From positions 148,490,001-148,554,000 of the forward strand of contig OZ024741.1 of assembly GCA_964016885.1 (NCBI GenBank): a stretch of DNA of 64,000 nt, in the 5' to 3' direction. The notes beneath the pieces are model-generated. The model was not told the origin of the DNA. It ran no database searches and worked only from the letters and a program-made list of their open reading frames with translations. How positions within the stretch are numbered: the first letter of the stretch is position 1; each line of letters starts with the position of its first letter. The DNA comes from Eledone cirrhosa. Its lineage: Eukaryota. Positions 15,548 to 30,250 of this stretch are shown here, piece after piece. Position numbers and translations under genes: made by a program.

Positions 15548-15813
15548 TGATATGTTGTTTCCTTGAGCAAGACACTTTATTTCACATTGCTCCAGTTTAC
15601 TCAGCTGTAGAAATGAGATGATAAGGACTGGGGTCCCTATCATTCCACTGCAAAGTGGTCGTGCAGGTGCCACGCAAAAAAGCACCCAGCACTCACTGTA
15701 AATGACGTTGGTGTTAGGAAGGGCATCCAGCTGTAGAAATCAAACCAGAATCAGTTCCCATCCCACCCTTGCAAGCAGGGAAAAAAGCGTAAAATGAAAT
15801 GATGATGATGATG
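15548..15813 (+). mobile_element. SINE family 1, lacking tRNA head
   Basis: ccttgagcaagacactttatttcacattgctccag core, RTE-like tail and (ATG)n. Confidence 0.85.
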
Positions 15814-15838
15814 ATATATATATATACATATATATGTA

Positions 15839-15907
<69 letters not shown>

Positions 15908-15911
15908 TCTA

Positions 15912-16070
15912 TCTAGGGCGGGTAAAATTCCCGAGATCCATGGACGAGTTCTCTCCAGCGGTCTCTGTCCCTCATTATCGCTGCCATGTCCTGCGTCTCT
16001 AACAGACCAGTGTCTGTCCTTAGGGCATCAACATATGTTAACCTTGGTCTTCCCCTTCCAGTGTGTCCAT
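15912..16070 (-). mobile_element. RTE LINE C-terminal fragment (another family)
   Basis: HGHTGRGRPRLTYVDALRTDTG...MRDRDRWR, typical RTE C-terminus. Confidence 0.7.
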
Positions 16071-16098
16071 GTACATATATATATATATATATATATAT

Positions 16099-16340
16099 AC
16101 GGAAAAAATGAAACGAAATTTCATTTCCCACTCTTAGTACGGCTGTTACTTAAATATAAGTATGTACACGTACATACATATATGTATACAGACGTACAGT
16201 AGTATGTATATATATATATATATACATGCACACATATATATGTGTACGTATGGATCACCGAACATTTATTATAATGCTCGGTGTGCTTGTAAACCAACAT
16301 CCCGTATTGAGCCGTAGTGTCCAGCAACCATCGTTGCTCG
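16099..16340. repeat. Unclassified dispersed repeat, copy 1 of 3
   Basis: cggaaaaaatgaaa...cactcttagtacggctgttacttaaatataag...caccgaacatttattataatgctcggtg...gcaaccatcgtt recurs at 40646 and 41081. Confidence 0.85.
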
Positions 16341-16931
16341 TTTATATATGTGTATATATATATGTTATTTATGTGTATATATATATATATATATATATGT
16401 ATTTATCTAAACCTTGATTATATATGTTCTGGCTCGTTAATTTATTAACCTGCCATTGAACCACATTGGCATATGGTTGGACAATACATGTGTCCCTGGA
16501 CGCTTTTTGAGTGTAGGGATATATACTTTATTATTATTATTCTCCTCTTGGTCGAGAAAAAATTTGGTCGTTCTGACTGCTGCTATTTATAGTGGTAGTA
16601 GACTGACCTCCCTGCCTCTACTTCTATCTTTACACACGGCACTGGACAGAATTGCTTCCATATCATTCATTCTCATCTCGGGAACAATTTTGAATAGCGC
16701 CAGTTCGTAATTTGAACTCGGGAATTTTATATTCTCCGAGTGAAAAGAACCTTCTGACGAGAGTTTATCTTTTCATTGGAAGGCCGCAAGGACTGTCCAT
16801 TTATTTTTGTAAAGGTAAAGGTAACCATAGTGAGTACAGTGAATTTTTTGAAATTTATTTTGAAACTTTTTCTTATTTGATAAACCTTGATTATATATAA
16901 ATATATATGTATATATATATAATATATATAT

Positions 16932-17398
<467 letters not shown>

Positions 17399-17504
17399 TA
17401 TATATATATATTTATATATATATATATATATGTAAATATATATTATTCATTTATATTTCACTTTAAAGCGGATGTAAAATGAAATGATGATATATATTAT
17501 ATAT

Positions 17505-17662
17505 ATATCATCATCATCATTTTACGTCCGCTTTTCCCTGCTTGCAAGGGTTGGAACGGTCCTATTCAGTACAGCATCTCTCCACCTGTCACGGTCCTTC
17601 GCCATCTCCTCGGTGAGTGAGTTTCATCGATCTGAGGTCTGCTCTCACCACCCCTGCCCATG
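17505..17662 (-). mobile_element. RTE 3' end fragment (family of 5066-7618)
   Basis: Reverse complement aligns to 7465-7618. Confidence 0.8.
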
Positions 17663-17695
17663 TTTTATATATATATATTATATATATATATATAT

Positions 17696-17735
<40 letters not shown>

Positions 17736-18214
17736 ATATATATCCTGTTATATATCATTTATACTTATATATATATATATATATAGCACATTGGTGTATC
17801 TCAAGCAATATATTTGTATGCATATTGGGTTGTGTAGTTTTGTTTTTGTTGTGCGTGTGGCTCAGGGTATGGTAAGAAGAGTAAGCCATAGAGAGGTGAA
17901 TGGGAGAGGCTAGAAAGTTATAAAATACAATAAACAATATAAAACTTGCTTAAAAATAGAATATTTTTTTGTGTTTTATTGTTCTTTTAGGTAAAGGCAA
18001 CGGTGCAAAAAGATTGTTAGAGTTAATATTAGAATTAAAATTATGGTTTGGGTTAGAATTAGGACTAGGATTAATGTTAGTATAGTTACCATGAGCAGTC
18101 AGGTGACTACAGTCTATGAGCCGTGTTGCTGGGTTAGTATGGGTCACTTCACAGTGAGTGCTTTTGGATTAATAATCCTTCATTAGACTAGATTATTCCT
18201 GACTTGGCAAAGCC

Positions 18215-18350
18215 ATTACATGTCAGAGAATGTGTATAGGTGTTTCCATGTGTCTGAGGCACTCCGATGGTTTAGTGTAGGCACCCACTCCCTAATTAAT
18301 TGTGCTTCCACTATTTGCTCAGCAAGTATTTTTGTGATTATGCTTCTTAC
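18215..18350 (-). pseudogene. PLE GIY-YIG C-terminal remnant
   Basis: IVEAQLIREWVPTLN resembles the EAxxIxxxxPxLN end of PLE endonucleases. Confidence 0.45.
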
Positions 18351-18457
18351 ATATGCATAACCCATGCTAGCGTGGAAAATACATGTTAAACGATGATGAA
18401 GATGATGATATATATATATGTATATATATATACACACATACACACATATACATACCT

Positions 18458-18488
<31 letters not shown>

Positions 18489-19889
18489 AACATCATCCTT
18501 GTTTAATGTCTTTTCTCCCCTCTGTCAAAATCTATTGGTGACTATAGTTTATCAATGTCACTTGGGCTTACCAGCAACAGATCAAAGGCATGCACATTTG
18601 TTTCAAACTTTTCACTCATGGCTCCTTTTGATCATAAAATATATTTTCTGACCCATCACTGGTTGTTATAAAAGTAGTTTAGACTCTATTGTTATAGCTT
18701 TTTTTCATTTCACTGGGTTAAATTCTATGAGCCAGAGCTAGCCTCATTATGTTCTCTTCTTATAACATACATTATATCCTTGGTCTGAGCAAATATAAAG
18801 TTAAGAATAAATGCATTGTTCTAAGATATTTCTTGTTGGTTTGAAATAGATAGACTTGACACTTTGGGTACTCAGGCTTAGCCCAAGTATCATGAGATGA
18901 GTGTAGGTGTTGCCACTGGTATGCATGAATAGGAACTGAATTATACCAGATATGAGGATATGCTTTTGCATGTTGTGAGAACAATATCTCAAGCATATCT
19001 CTTCCCTAACACACGTGCACACACACATACACATACTGGCTTTAAGGTTAGTATACACACACATTAGTTGTGTACTTGGTATGCACCCCCCCCCCCCACA
19101 CACACACCACACTCACAGAATCCCCCCCACACACATATATACACATACACATTAGCTGTGTAGTTAGTATGCACACATGCAGACACAAACATACACACAT
19201 TATGCTGTGTTGTTGATATTCAGGAGGCTATGTTGCCATGATATATCTGTTCCATCAAGTCATGCAAACATCTGAATTTGAAGAAGCTAGTCAGTGAATC
19301 AGTGTTAGTAGATGGAAACTTCTAGATAGAAAGTGTGAAAGGTAGGAAAGAATGAGTGAGGGAGGGAGGGGAGGAGGAAAAAGAGAGAGAAAGAAAAGAA
19401 GGAAGTATGAGAGAATAAAAGAAAGGAGATAGAGGGAATACAGAAATAATGAAAGGAAGGAGAGGAAGAAAGAAAGATCAAGGAAAAGGGATAGAAAGAG
19501 AAAGCGAGAGTGAGAGAAAGAGAGATAATAGACTTTGTTGAATTTGAACGTTGATCTCCCGTCGAGAAAGAACAAAGCTAGCACCAGAAAATATCTCTTT
19601 AATGGATTCATATATTTGTTTAGACATTTCATTAAAAAATTTTCAATTGCTATATTTTCGTTTGTTAATTAATTAATTAAATGCAATTTGTTTATGTATT
19701 TTAATTAGTTAATTAATTAAAATTTGCTAAAATGTGTTTTATTTAATATTTTTTTATTGATTTGGTAATGTATTAATTTTCAACTCATTTTAATTTGAGT
19801 AGATTTGAGGAAATAGTGGAAAAACTATAACAAGGTCAATGACATATTAACGATATATTACTTGTTAAGGCTTTCATTATTACCAGTTG

Positions 19890-22748
19890 ATGATGGTTTG
19901 GTGGCTGAAGGTGAAATCATGAGTCGAGTGACTGTTACAAGGAACATGTGACTGTCAAGAGGGCAGTTAGATTAGACTCGTTAGTTTTTAGTAAAGAATT
20001 AGCGTTAGATAGAAATAGAACCGAGAAAGAACTGGTAGATAAAGTAGAAGAGGCAATTAGAAGTGGCAACGTAGCCAGCGTGCTAGCAACGAGAACGTCC
20101 TTGGACCAGTTCTTCGAAGCAAAGCATGAGGGCTGCGTTGTCAGAAGCAAAATACGTGCTCTGGGAAACGAGGGAGCCAAAGCTGTTAGCTGGGCTCGAG
20201 TGACGGAGGCAAAAAGTGGCAACAAGTCCACGATTCGGTCTTTGAAGGACCAAAACGGACGCGTGATACGTGAGCCGAAGCAGATGTGTGCGGCCTTCCA
20301 GCGGCACTTTGCTCAGCTGTTCGGGCAGGGCGGCGCGCCAGGAGGGGCTATGGATTTTGGTCCATACCTCGACGGCCTACCGCGACTCTCGGACAGCGAG
20401 GCAAAGTTCTGCGAAAAGCCGATTTCAGCCGCTGAGATAGGGGACGCGTTGACCCAATGCGGCAAACGGAAATCTCCCTACGAATTTTACGTAGCAATGC
20501 CGGACTTATTCTCCGGTCTCGTGGAAGCGGTCTACTGCAACTGGCAACAGAACGGAAGAATTCCCAGTTCTGTGACCGGGGGCGTAGTCACACTAGTCAG
20601 GAAGGACGAGAATAAGGGGGATGACATAGGCAACTTCCGGCCCATAACTCTGCTAAACACAGAGTTACAGATTTTGGCCAAGGTGTTGGCAAAGAGGCTG
20701 GCGCTTGTCGTCGAGAACCTGGTGGGAGAAGCGCAGACATGCGCAATGCCGACCAGGTCCATACACGACAACCTCCACCTCATGCGATACATCATAGAGA
20801 GGGTAGGATGTAAACCCAGCTTCGGTGGGACCCTGATCAACTTGGATCAGTCTAAGGCTTTCGATAGGGTTGACCATCGTTACCTGGATGCGGTGCTCGA
20901 GGCGGCAGGCTTCGAACCCGTGTTCAGGGGCTGGATTGCTGCAATGCATAACAGCAACATCTGCTCAAGGGTTAAGGTGAACGGCTACCTCTCGGAGCCG
21001 TTCCATATCACGCGATCCATTCGACAGGGATGCCCTCTCTCCTCCCTTCTGTACGTATTGACTCTCGAGCCACTACTGCGGAAGTTGGAGCTATTGCAGG
21101 GCATCCCTCTGGAACCGGGACTGTGGAAAGCGGCGTCGGCTTACGCCGACGACGTGACAGTAATGGTGTTGAGCGCCTCGCAAATCGAGGAAGTCGGCAC
21201 CTTACTGAAGGAATACGAAAGGTTCACAGGAACCAAGCTGAACCGGGACAAGTCCATTGGTTTGCACCTCGGATCGTGGAGAGGCAAACCGATGCCTTCC
21301 GATGGCGTCGTCGGACGCTGGACGGAAGGACCAGTAAAGCTGCTCGGGGTCTGGTTTGTTCCGGACCTCCAGGTGGAGAAGAATTGGAACGAGGTGTCGG
21401 CCAAGGTGTTTGCACTCACCCAGAAGTGTGCCGAGTGCAAACTATTCTTGAAAGGTCGAGCGGAGGTGGCGAACACTTTTATAGCATCCGCCATCTACTA
21501 CCGCTTGACCGTCGTGCCTTGTCCAGCCAAAACGCTCGCCAAAAAGGAGCGCGCGCTCTTCCAATTCCTTTCGAAGAGGCGGGCTCCTTTGGTGAGAAGA
21601 TCCATCTGCTGCCAACGCCCTTCCAACGGGGGGCTGGGGATGCCGTGACTGACGATGCGCAAACACCCACTCAGGCTGCGGCATCTCTACGTATTCCTCA
21701 CCGGACAACCGGTGTGGGCCCCGTTCGTGAGGCGAGCCTTCCCACGACTCGTCTCGCTGCAGTCCTGCAAAGACCAAAGAAAATGGGCAACTGGCACATC
21801 GAATGTGCTCAGGCGCTCACAGCCCTCTGGCAGGTGGACCCGGCGATCAGTGGAGACTCTATTTCGTCATTCTATAGAGGGTTGATCCGCAGCAAGTGCG
21901 ACGACGTGCTCGGTGAAACTCTAGGCGTAGAGGAAGACGAACTGGCCAGTCTGTTCGGTAGGACCTTCCGCCCGGGACCGATACACAACTTCCAAAAGTC
22001 CCTGGCCTGGCAGTGCTACTGAGGAGCTCTACCAGTTCGAGACAAGCTCTACAGACATGGGCGCCCGGGCAGGGACCCTGCAAAAAAGATCTGTCCGAGG
22101 TGCGTGCGAGACGAAGAAACCGTCGCGCACGCATTCATACACTGCCCGGGCGTCACCGACCTGTGGGGCTATGTAGAACGACTATTGTCGCGGGTGGGAC
22201 CAATCCGGTTGACCACCGAGTCCATTGTCATGATCAAACCGCCACCCTCCTTCAAAAACGAAGGAGAGGCGGTTTTCCTTTGTGTGATAGCTATGGCGAA
22301 AGAGGTTGTATGGTGGACAAGGTTGAAAGGGCTGAGGTCAGACACCTTTCTCTCCGGCCAACAACTGATTCTTTTTTTCAAATACCACTTTGGAAGAAGA
22401 ATCAGGATGGAGAGAGAGGTGCTGTACCCCAGCAAGTTTTATGAAAGGTGGGTGAAAGTGGCGAGAATGGCCCGAGTGAATGGGCCTTCTCTCTATATCA
22501 GCCTGTAAGTTGAGGAAAAAGAGGAGGAGAGGAAAGGAGTACAAACTCTTCGTACTCCTGGAGATGAGGGTTGCATATTTTTTTTCGGGGGTATGTGTTA
22601 CCCATATGAAATGTCTCCCCGTATTGGGGAAAATCGACTAATTTTTAAATTACATTTGTGATAATATTTTACACGTTTTTATTGTATGTAAACTCCCCCC
22701 TTTGTATTTGTCCTCTTCTTTTGTGCCCCTGTGGCTAATAAAGAAACA
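19890..22748 (+). mobile_element. Tx1/L1-clade LINE, 5'-truncated ORF2 pseudogene
   Basis: ORF 19948..21648 with NFRPITLLN, LDQSKAFDRV, RQGCPLS, YADD, GGLGMP; downstream CPRC..EETVAHAFIHC zinc knuckle; aataaa at the 3' end; stop and frameshifts after 21648. Confidence 0.92.
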
Positions 22749-22845
22749 TATCTATCTATCTGTGTCTGTGTGTTATACTTTGGAAGGGTCATGTTGTCAA
22801 TGAAATCACATCCACCAGTTGAGTTTCACTTTGGTATTATTATTA

Positions 22846-23030
22846 GTGGATTGGCAGTATCAGTGGAGGATCGGACGCCATGCTTTCCAGCATAGTTACG
22901 TCCCTTTACGATCTGAGTTCAAATGCCGCCGAGGTTGACTTTGCCTTTCATCCTTACGGGGTCGATAAAATAAAGTACCAGTAATGCACTGGGTAATTGC
23001 TGGCCTTGTGCCTAAAGTAGAAACAATTAT
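22846..23030 (+). mobile_element. SINE family 2
   Basis: tggcagtatc head, gagttcaaat B box, gcctttcatccttacggggtcgataaaataaagtaccag core. Confidence 0.85.
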
Positions 23031-23075
23031 TAGTTAGGTAACGTTTACGGCATACAGTTACAGCCTATTATATTG

Positions 23076-23220
23076 GGAGTTTAAATGCCACTGAGGTTAG
23101 CTTTGTTTCATCCTTATGGGGTTGATAACATAAAGTACCAGTAATGCACTAGGGTCGATTTAATCGACTTTCCCTCCCTCAAAATTGCTAGCCTTGTGCC
23201 TAAATTAGAAACCATTATTA
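23076..23220 (+). mobile_element. SINE family 2, partial
   Basis: Same core and gccttgtgcctaaattagaaac end. Confidence 0.75.
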
Positions 23221-24949
23221 GTTAAGTAACTAATCCATTCATCAGTTAGTTTAAAACCTGATTATTTATCAAAGGTCTTTCATCACATTCTGTGACCTTC
23301 TCAATAACCTCTTGTTTCTCTGTGTTTCTTCTTTGTTTTGATTCAAAATGAAGGAGAGGCACAGAGAAGTAAGAATAGTTATTGACAGGGTCATATTGGC
23401 AGCATGACCCACCCAAAGTATAACAGTATCTGTTTCAACACACAATTTCACATCAATAAACAAAGACAAAATGTTTGTATGTGGATGTGTGTGTATGTGT
23501 GTATGTGTGTGTGTATGTGTGTGTGTGTATAATTTTACGCCTGCTTTCCATGGTTACATGAGATGGAAAGATTGTCACAGTCGGAGACAAAACAGATCGG
23601 GGATCACATCTTGCTCATATGTTCTATCTCAAGCATGATTTCTAGCTGGATGCCCTTCCTAATGTTAACCACTTTACAGAATGCATTCTCTCTATCTCCC
23701 TCTCTCTTAGGGTACTTATATCAATGGAATACTAAGCCTTTTGCACATTAATTTCACAAGCACGCTGTTTCGTTGTTCAAACAACTGGAACATTTGCCGT
23801 CGGATAAAATTTACCCTTCTCTCCACAATTCAGCGTTATAGATATTATTCATTATCAACACAAAATTGAAGGCATGATGGAAGGTTTCCGAGTTTACTAC
23901 AAATACAGATTGAAAGTATTCAATAAATGAAAACATTAATGAATGGAAATATACAACAATGAAAATAGTTTTAAAACATTAAATTATCTTTTAATTTCAT
24001 CAATATAATTGTAATTTACATTTTTGAAAGTGTGTCTCTGCAAAATTCTATTTTAAAATATGCATAATGAAGACAGTTATGAGGAAATAATGTTGAGAGT
24101 ACTAAGCTGTAGTTATGCTCTGTTACCATACTTGTTGCAATCAGAGAAACTATTTGATATGAGTTGTCCAATGCTGGCAATAATGTTGAACATATTTCAT
24201 TTTCTGGATCAGAATGCCATATATGCCAGGTTTATTGCATATAAGAACAATCATACAAACTGGAAAATTTGCATTTTAATGAATTAATAGTTTGCATAAG
24301 AGAAACCCTATAATTTCTGTTGATTACTGATACTTGGAAGTGATTAAAGATTAAAATGGCATTTTAATGATTTATTTCTAGGATATAATTGCCTAAATGT
24401 TCAGCATGTATGTGCAAATAACATACTGGATTAAATGTATGAGTAACTTTGGAGAAATAACATTTAACAGGAACAAATGAAGGGTTAAAACCCAGGACCT
24501 TGTGTTTGGAAAGAGAACTTCTTGTTGTAGCAACATGATTGAGATAGGAATGCATTGTGTGTGTGTGCACATTGTAAATAATTACAGATGGATATATATA
24601 GATAAATATAAAAACTCACATGGCTTATTATTATGGTTAATTCTACAATGTAAGCAACTCAACTTGAAGTTCGCTCAGGATAAAATAAATATATTTATTT
24701 AATACATTGAAAATAATTGTAATGATAAACATTGTCCAAGAAGCAATGGTAGCTGGCTCATACCTTTCCTCCACAAAAAAGAATAAGAAAAAGAGAATAA
24801 ACCATAAAGCAATGTCTTTTAAAATAGTTCAGAATATTTTACTATCATCGAAATTTTCTCATATTGAGGAATTTTTATTTATATTTTGAATTACTTAATG
24901 AGAAGACGGTTGAGGTGTTTGCCTATACTAATGGTTCCCAAAGGAGTGT

Positions 24950-25082
24950 CTGGGGTTCCATGAAAAAAGGTAGAGGAGTATATTTATATTATGACTATAT
25001 AACAGTATTAGACTTTGGGGTTCCCCAAAAAGTTTCTGAACCAAAAAGGGTTCCGCGTTTGAAAAAATTTGGGAAACCCTGG
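24950..25082. mobile_element. Possible hAT-type MITE end
   Basis: Repeated ggggttcc subterminal motifs, ending tttgggaaaccctg (CAGGGTTTCCCAAA-type TIR). Confidence 0.45.
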
Positions 25083-27414
25083 CTTATACATTCTCTAGTC
25101 ATGGGCAAACTGCAGCCTGTTTGGGTTTCTGAATGGCATGCCTAATTTCAAAATTACCTTGAATTTTTAGTAGTGCGGCCTGCCTTATGATGAGCCCTAT
25201 CTCATGTGGCTCACTGCTCGTAAAAGGTCGACCATGTTTTGTAGACACTTTTAGAAACAAATCTTTGATGTATTAATTCAGTTATAAGTATAATGAGAAT
25301 GATTTTTTTAAAAATGTCACCCAAGCAATTCCATTTTAGAACTACTTCATTAATTTGGTTTCTTATCTGCAATGTCTGAAACTGTTACACTAATTCTACC
25401 TTTTTCAACCATTCTTGCAACATTGGTTACAAACTAAAGATGCTTCTCAACCATTAAAATTATTCGATTATTCTTAAGATGCACAATGACTCAAGCACGG
25501 TTGTCTTCCTTAGCTTCAATTTCCATAAAAAAGACATCCATTGATTTAGAATGACAAAACGGATTACATGACAAGATTTTAGAGGAATTTGCCATAATGT
25601 ATATTTAAATGAAGTGTCTATAATACATTTTAATTTTTAACGTTTTATTGCAGTATCCATTCCATGTAAATGCATTTCTGATTCTACAATAGGAAAGTCT
25701 TTCAAATAATTTTGCTGGTAGTCTCCTTCACACTAAATAATTAGAGCTATAGTTCACTGTGTTGCTTGTTAAATGAACGTAAATAAACTATAAGTGGCAT
25801 AACTGCACATTAGTTCCCCCACCCACTTTGTTTCTTGTGAATTGCTCCCTTCTCTCTTCTTATCATTCCAATGGCAGTGAGCGTTCTCCATACCGATTGA
25901 GCCTGGAATTGCCTACAGCCCATCTCAACTGGAAACAGTCATGCCTGCCATCTTTCTTCCTGCATTCCTGCAGACCTGTCAACTCTCTCTGTCCGATGGG
26001 GAGATCTCCCACCCATTTTGGAGTGATTGAGAAATGTTTTCTCTTGTGAAAATGGGTATAGCTTTCATTATGTAAAATCTCCCCATTTTGCCTCATTTCT
26101 CTCCATTTTGGGGCACTTTTGGTTTTTAGAGGTTTTCAGGTCTGTACTTGGTGCTCTTCTACTCAAAGTCTTGGTCATACTTTTCTTCTTACTTGACTGT
26201 GAGTTCAACCAGGACCGTCTTGTTCACCTTTTCAAACCACAGAATCACATTTACAATATTATAATGGCAAAGAAAAAGAAAAAAGGGGACGTGTAAATTA
26301 TGAAGGTTATATGGCACATATCAACTGTGTTCCACAGACAAGGTGATGAAAGTATTACTGCAGAGAACAACTATCGATTCCTGCTGCATCAGCCATTCCA
26401 CCTCATGGGGTTCTTCCCTCAGGTGAGATGTCCTCCTCCCGGTATATGTTTATATCGAAGAAAAGGTAACTTAATTGCTAGTGGAATCGTATAGGCACCG
26501 TTTTGACACATAGTGTGTTTTGGGTATTTTAAACCTGCCTGGCCGATTTCTTCTAGAGAACGAAAGGTAGAGGTGGGGAAGAACCAACTCCAATACTAAA
26601 CTGATACTTTGTTCTCGATTTTGAAAAGTTGAAAGGCAAATTTGAGCTCCGGAGGATTTGAACTTAGAGTGCACAGAGCTGGAACAAACACTGAGGCATT
26701 TAAAATCCATTTTTAATCTGCCAATTTGCCGCCTATGTGACGGTTAATACTGTAACTTTATCAGCGGGAATGTTGCTACTTACAGAACTGTCTTTGTTGA
26801 GGAGAGAGTAAATAGGAGATTCTGCTGGGCAGGGACTATAACAGAGTCTTTTCACATTTTAGTGATTCCAGAAACTCCCCATAAAGTATTGCCCAATATA
26901 TTCCAATATTCCTTTTGCCAGACAGTCGAAATCATCATCATCACCATCACCATCATCGTCAGCATCATGGTCATTATTATCACCATCACCACCGTCACCC
27001 CCTCCTTTAGGCAGCCCGTATAACTTCAAAACATTCAGCTTGCTTTTTACTTTATATATTGATAAACAGTAACAGGGGAAGTCGATTTGATAGAGTTATT
27101 AGAGCGTTGGATATTTTCACTGTCTCTCTTCGCTCTGAGTTTAAATCCAGATGATGTCCATTTTGCCTTTTATCATTTTGCGATCGATAAAGGAAGTACC
27201 GGCCAAACACTAGTGCACCCCACTCTCTCTATCACTCACATTTTGGATATTCTGCTGAATCAAGAGAAGTAGAGTCAAGTGGGTGTTTTTGTGTCTGCAA
27301 GCGACTGTTTGGGCAACTAAAACCTTTATCGAAAGCATGGTACATACTAGTTTAACCAATAACAAAACATATTTTTGGTGGGCAACAGATATTCCAGGTA
27401 CTGGAAAAATGCGG

Positions 27415-29124
27415 TGAAGCACTCGCGATGAGAATATCGTCGATGTAACAATATACAAAATCTAGGTCACGTACGACTTCGTCCATAAATCGCTGGAAGG
27501 TACTAGCAGCTTGCGTAATCCAAAAGGCATTGTTAAAAACTCGAATGCACCGAAAGGTGTAGTGACAGCAGTTTTAGGAATGTCCGCAGGATTCACAGGA
27601 ATTTGATGGTATGCTCTGATCAAGTCCAATTTCGAAAAGATAGTACATCCGTGAAGCGAAGAAGCGAAATCCTGGATGTGAGGAATTGGGTGACGGTCCG
27701 GCACGGTGATCGAATTTAATCGCCGAAAATCTCCAGTGGGACGCCAGTCTCCCGAACGTTTCGGTACCATGTGCAAAGGCGAGGCCCACGGACTGGAAGA
27801 AGGGCGAATGATACCCAACTGCAGCATATGATTAAACTCTGCCTTAGCCGCTTTCAATTTTTCCGGATAAAGACGACGCGGGTGTGAAAAAAACTGGATC
27901 ATCTTTAGTCTCAATAAAATGCATGGTAGAGTGAGTAGGGGTATCTACCGCAAAGTTCAGATTAGTTAATTCCGGAAAGGAATGCAAAAGCGCATGATAC
28001 GGGTCATCCGAAGCAACGATTGTGTAGACTGGGCTGATAGACTGGATTACTGAAGTACTTCCAGGCACAGAAAGATTCGTAGTTGTGTCCAATAAACGCC
28101 GTGTCCGCATATCAACCATAAGATTGTAATGATGCAAAACATCGGCACCCAAAATAGGATATGGCAAATCAGCTATGGTGAAAATACATGAGAAATCTCT
28201 ACGTAAATCCAGGTCCAAAGAGCGAGAGATTTGTCCATACGTATGGATAGCAGAATGGTTGATAGATTGTAGTGATATCTGTGAGAGAAGAGGTTTCTCT
28301 CTCAAGAGTTTTAAAGGCCAAATGCTGCAAGACGCACCCGTGTCCATGAGGCAGCGTGCGTGCGAGAAGGAATCTGTAATGAAAAATGCACGACTTTCAG
28401 TACAGGATTGTGGAGAAGACGTCGTTCTTAATTCTCCGTTACTTCGTTTCCCTGGTGTGAAAAATAACAAGGCTGGATACATTTATGAGCAGAGGCTCTA
28501 AAACGGCTATGGTACCAGCACGATCGCGATGGTGAAAGTTGGAAACGACGATGTGAAGATTGTGAGCGATTTCGCAACCGTTGTCGAGGAGATCGTGATC
28601 TGGATAAACGAAGAAGCTGTACCTCCTTCTTAGGTCGCGGATGGCCTTGAGTGTGGCTTCGTTGGTCGAGGTGGCGCTAGCTAAAACCGATGCGACAGGC
28701 GAAGGTGAAGAATTTGTTGCAAGTCGTGATGTGGTAGCAGTGGTGGAATTGCCGGAGTACTCCAAGATTTTATCAGCGGATGAAGCCAACTGATCCACCG
28801 AACTGGTTTCTGTCATTGCTGCCAAAATGGCCTGGACATTAGGAGACAGCCTTGCCATTGCAGGAGATAGACGTTCGTAAACTTCATCGCAATAGTTGTG
28901 AACAAAACATGTAAAAAAAATTCAAAGTTCCGTAGTGTCATTGCCACAGTAGAGAGTGCGCTTGAGTAGGCCAAATTGAAAGCGCGGGAACCAGTGAGGA
29001 AGATGAAGACGGTGAGACGCCATGTTGGATAAAAATGCCATGTGCGAAGAAAGAAAAAAATGTTTGTTATTGTCGAGTCGTCATTTTTTGTGAGAAGGAT
29101 GTATTCTTTACAGTCGGGTCACCA
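27415..29124 (-). mobile_element. Ty3/Gypsy LTR retrotransposon internal relic (gag-protease-RT), truncated after YIDD
   Basis: gag-like 28439..28858, protease [56 protein letters not shown]; frameshifts; no LTR pair seen. Confidence 0.92.
29112..29124 (-). promoter_or_regulatory. Primer-binding site complementary to tRNA-Trp 3' end
   Basis: Minus strand TGGTGACCCGACT upstream of gag; eukaryotic tRNA-Trp ends GTCGGGGTCACCA (one C missing here). Confidence 0.7.
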
Positions 29125-29249
29125 TTTTATAGAAAGGATAAGAAGTTAAATGTTACCTATATCTCTTTATTACTGCAAGTTAAAATCTTCTAAGGATCTT
29201 GTTTTTTTACAAACGATATAAGAGAAATACCTTAACTCGAACTTATCAA

Positions 29250-30250
29250 ATACCCCAACCAATTGCAAAAAGTAATTGGTGAAAGTTTTATAATACCTTC
29301 TATCAAATAATTTATTGCAACGGTGATGCATCAAGACCCAACCGAAATTATCAAAACATTGCTCCTCAACGATCACCCAGTAAAGCAACGCATAGACAAG
29401 ATGGCGGTTAATGTTGAAGAAAAACTTCTTACTACCCTCCAAACATTGAAATGTTTCTTTACGTGCAAAAAAAAAAAAAAAAAATGATCGAATGTTTTGA
29501 CATGTGTACCAAAGTAGTTTACCAGATTACTCCTACACTCTGAGGTTCGGGGGCTATAAAAGGTTCATATTTGATTCGTTTTGTGGAATTTTATGAAAGT
29601 GTCATAGAGTATTTTTGGAAATCAGAACGAAAAAAGTCTAGTCTCTATCAATAACTAAAAATAATAAGGCCCGGTGGATTTTATTTGGCAGGCATTTTCA
29701 GGAAGTTTAATTATACACATTCACAACTTCGAGGAGATAGGACAACACCAATAAGTTTCAATAGTACCGTTTCCTAGTTCATTGACAAGTTTGATTCTTT
29801 TGCAATAATATTCTCAAGTGGGAGTTCCATCAATTTCCAGAATTGTCTTCAATTAAAGATGATATAACATTAAAAGAGGTGGAAAGGTTCTGCTGTCACA
29901 CCAATTAGCTTAAATTAGACACAGAAAAAGTAATTTAGAGGATGGTGCACTATTTTAATGTAAATTGTTTTGAGGTCGATATCACACGCCAAGAAGAACT
30001 TTTAGAACTTAAATACTATCTACAAAGCAACGATAACATTTATAGTGTAAGGTACCAAAGGTTATGGCAAACCAAAGAAATGTCTGCTTTATATCCAACT
30101 CGGTGGAAAATAATTTCTGATTTTCTGCTATCTTAACCTAATTTGTATCTTGGTGAATCCAGCTGTAAATCATATTCTCACAAAACAGAAATTGTTTCAA
30201 AATCGAACCAACCGGATATTAAAAAGTTAATTTCTCAGCATCAGATAAGG
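29250..30250 (+). pseudogene. Highly decayed hAT (Charlie/Buster-like) transposase
   Basis: Fragments HSEVRGL, YLAGIFRKFN, QEELLELK, LYPTRWK, PNLYLGES, QPDIKKLISQHQ in the expected order. Confidence 0.7.

Larger units (their letters stand above)
22770..23470. mobile_element. Diverged PLE 3' UTR remnants (family of 7677-11358), both orientations, interrupted by SINEs
   Basis: Matches to 11225-11330 and a decayed hammerhead at ~23268-23305 (minus). Confidence 0.6.

Noticed and set aside
21030-22022. 330-aa alternative-frame ORF in the Tx1 element
   Set aside because: Overlapping frame in GC-rich sequence; only its 3' part is frameshifted ORF2.
24060-24287. Harbinger-like transposase remnant (YALLPYLL)
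   Set aside because: A single short motif; insufficient support.
26338-26422. Possible host exon (cag|...cag|gtgag)
   Set aside because: Splice-like signals only; no recognisable protein and no partner exons.
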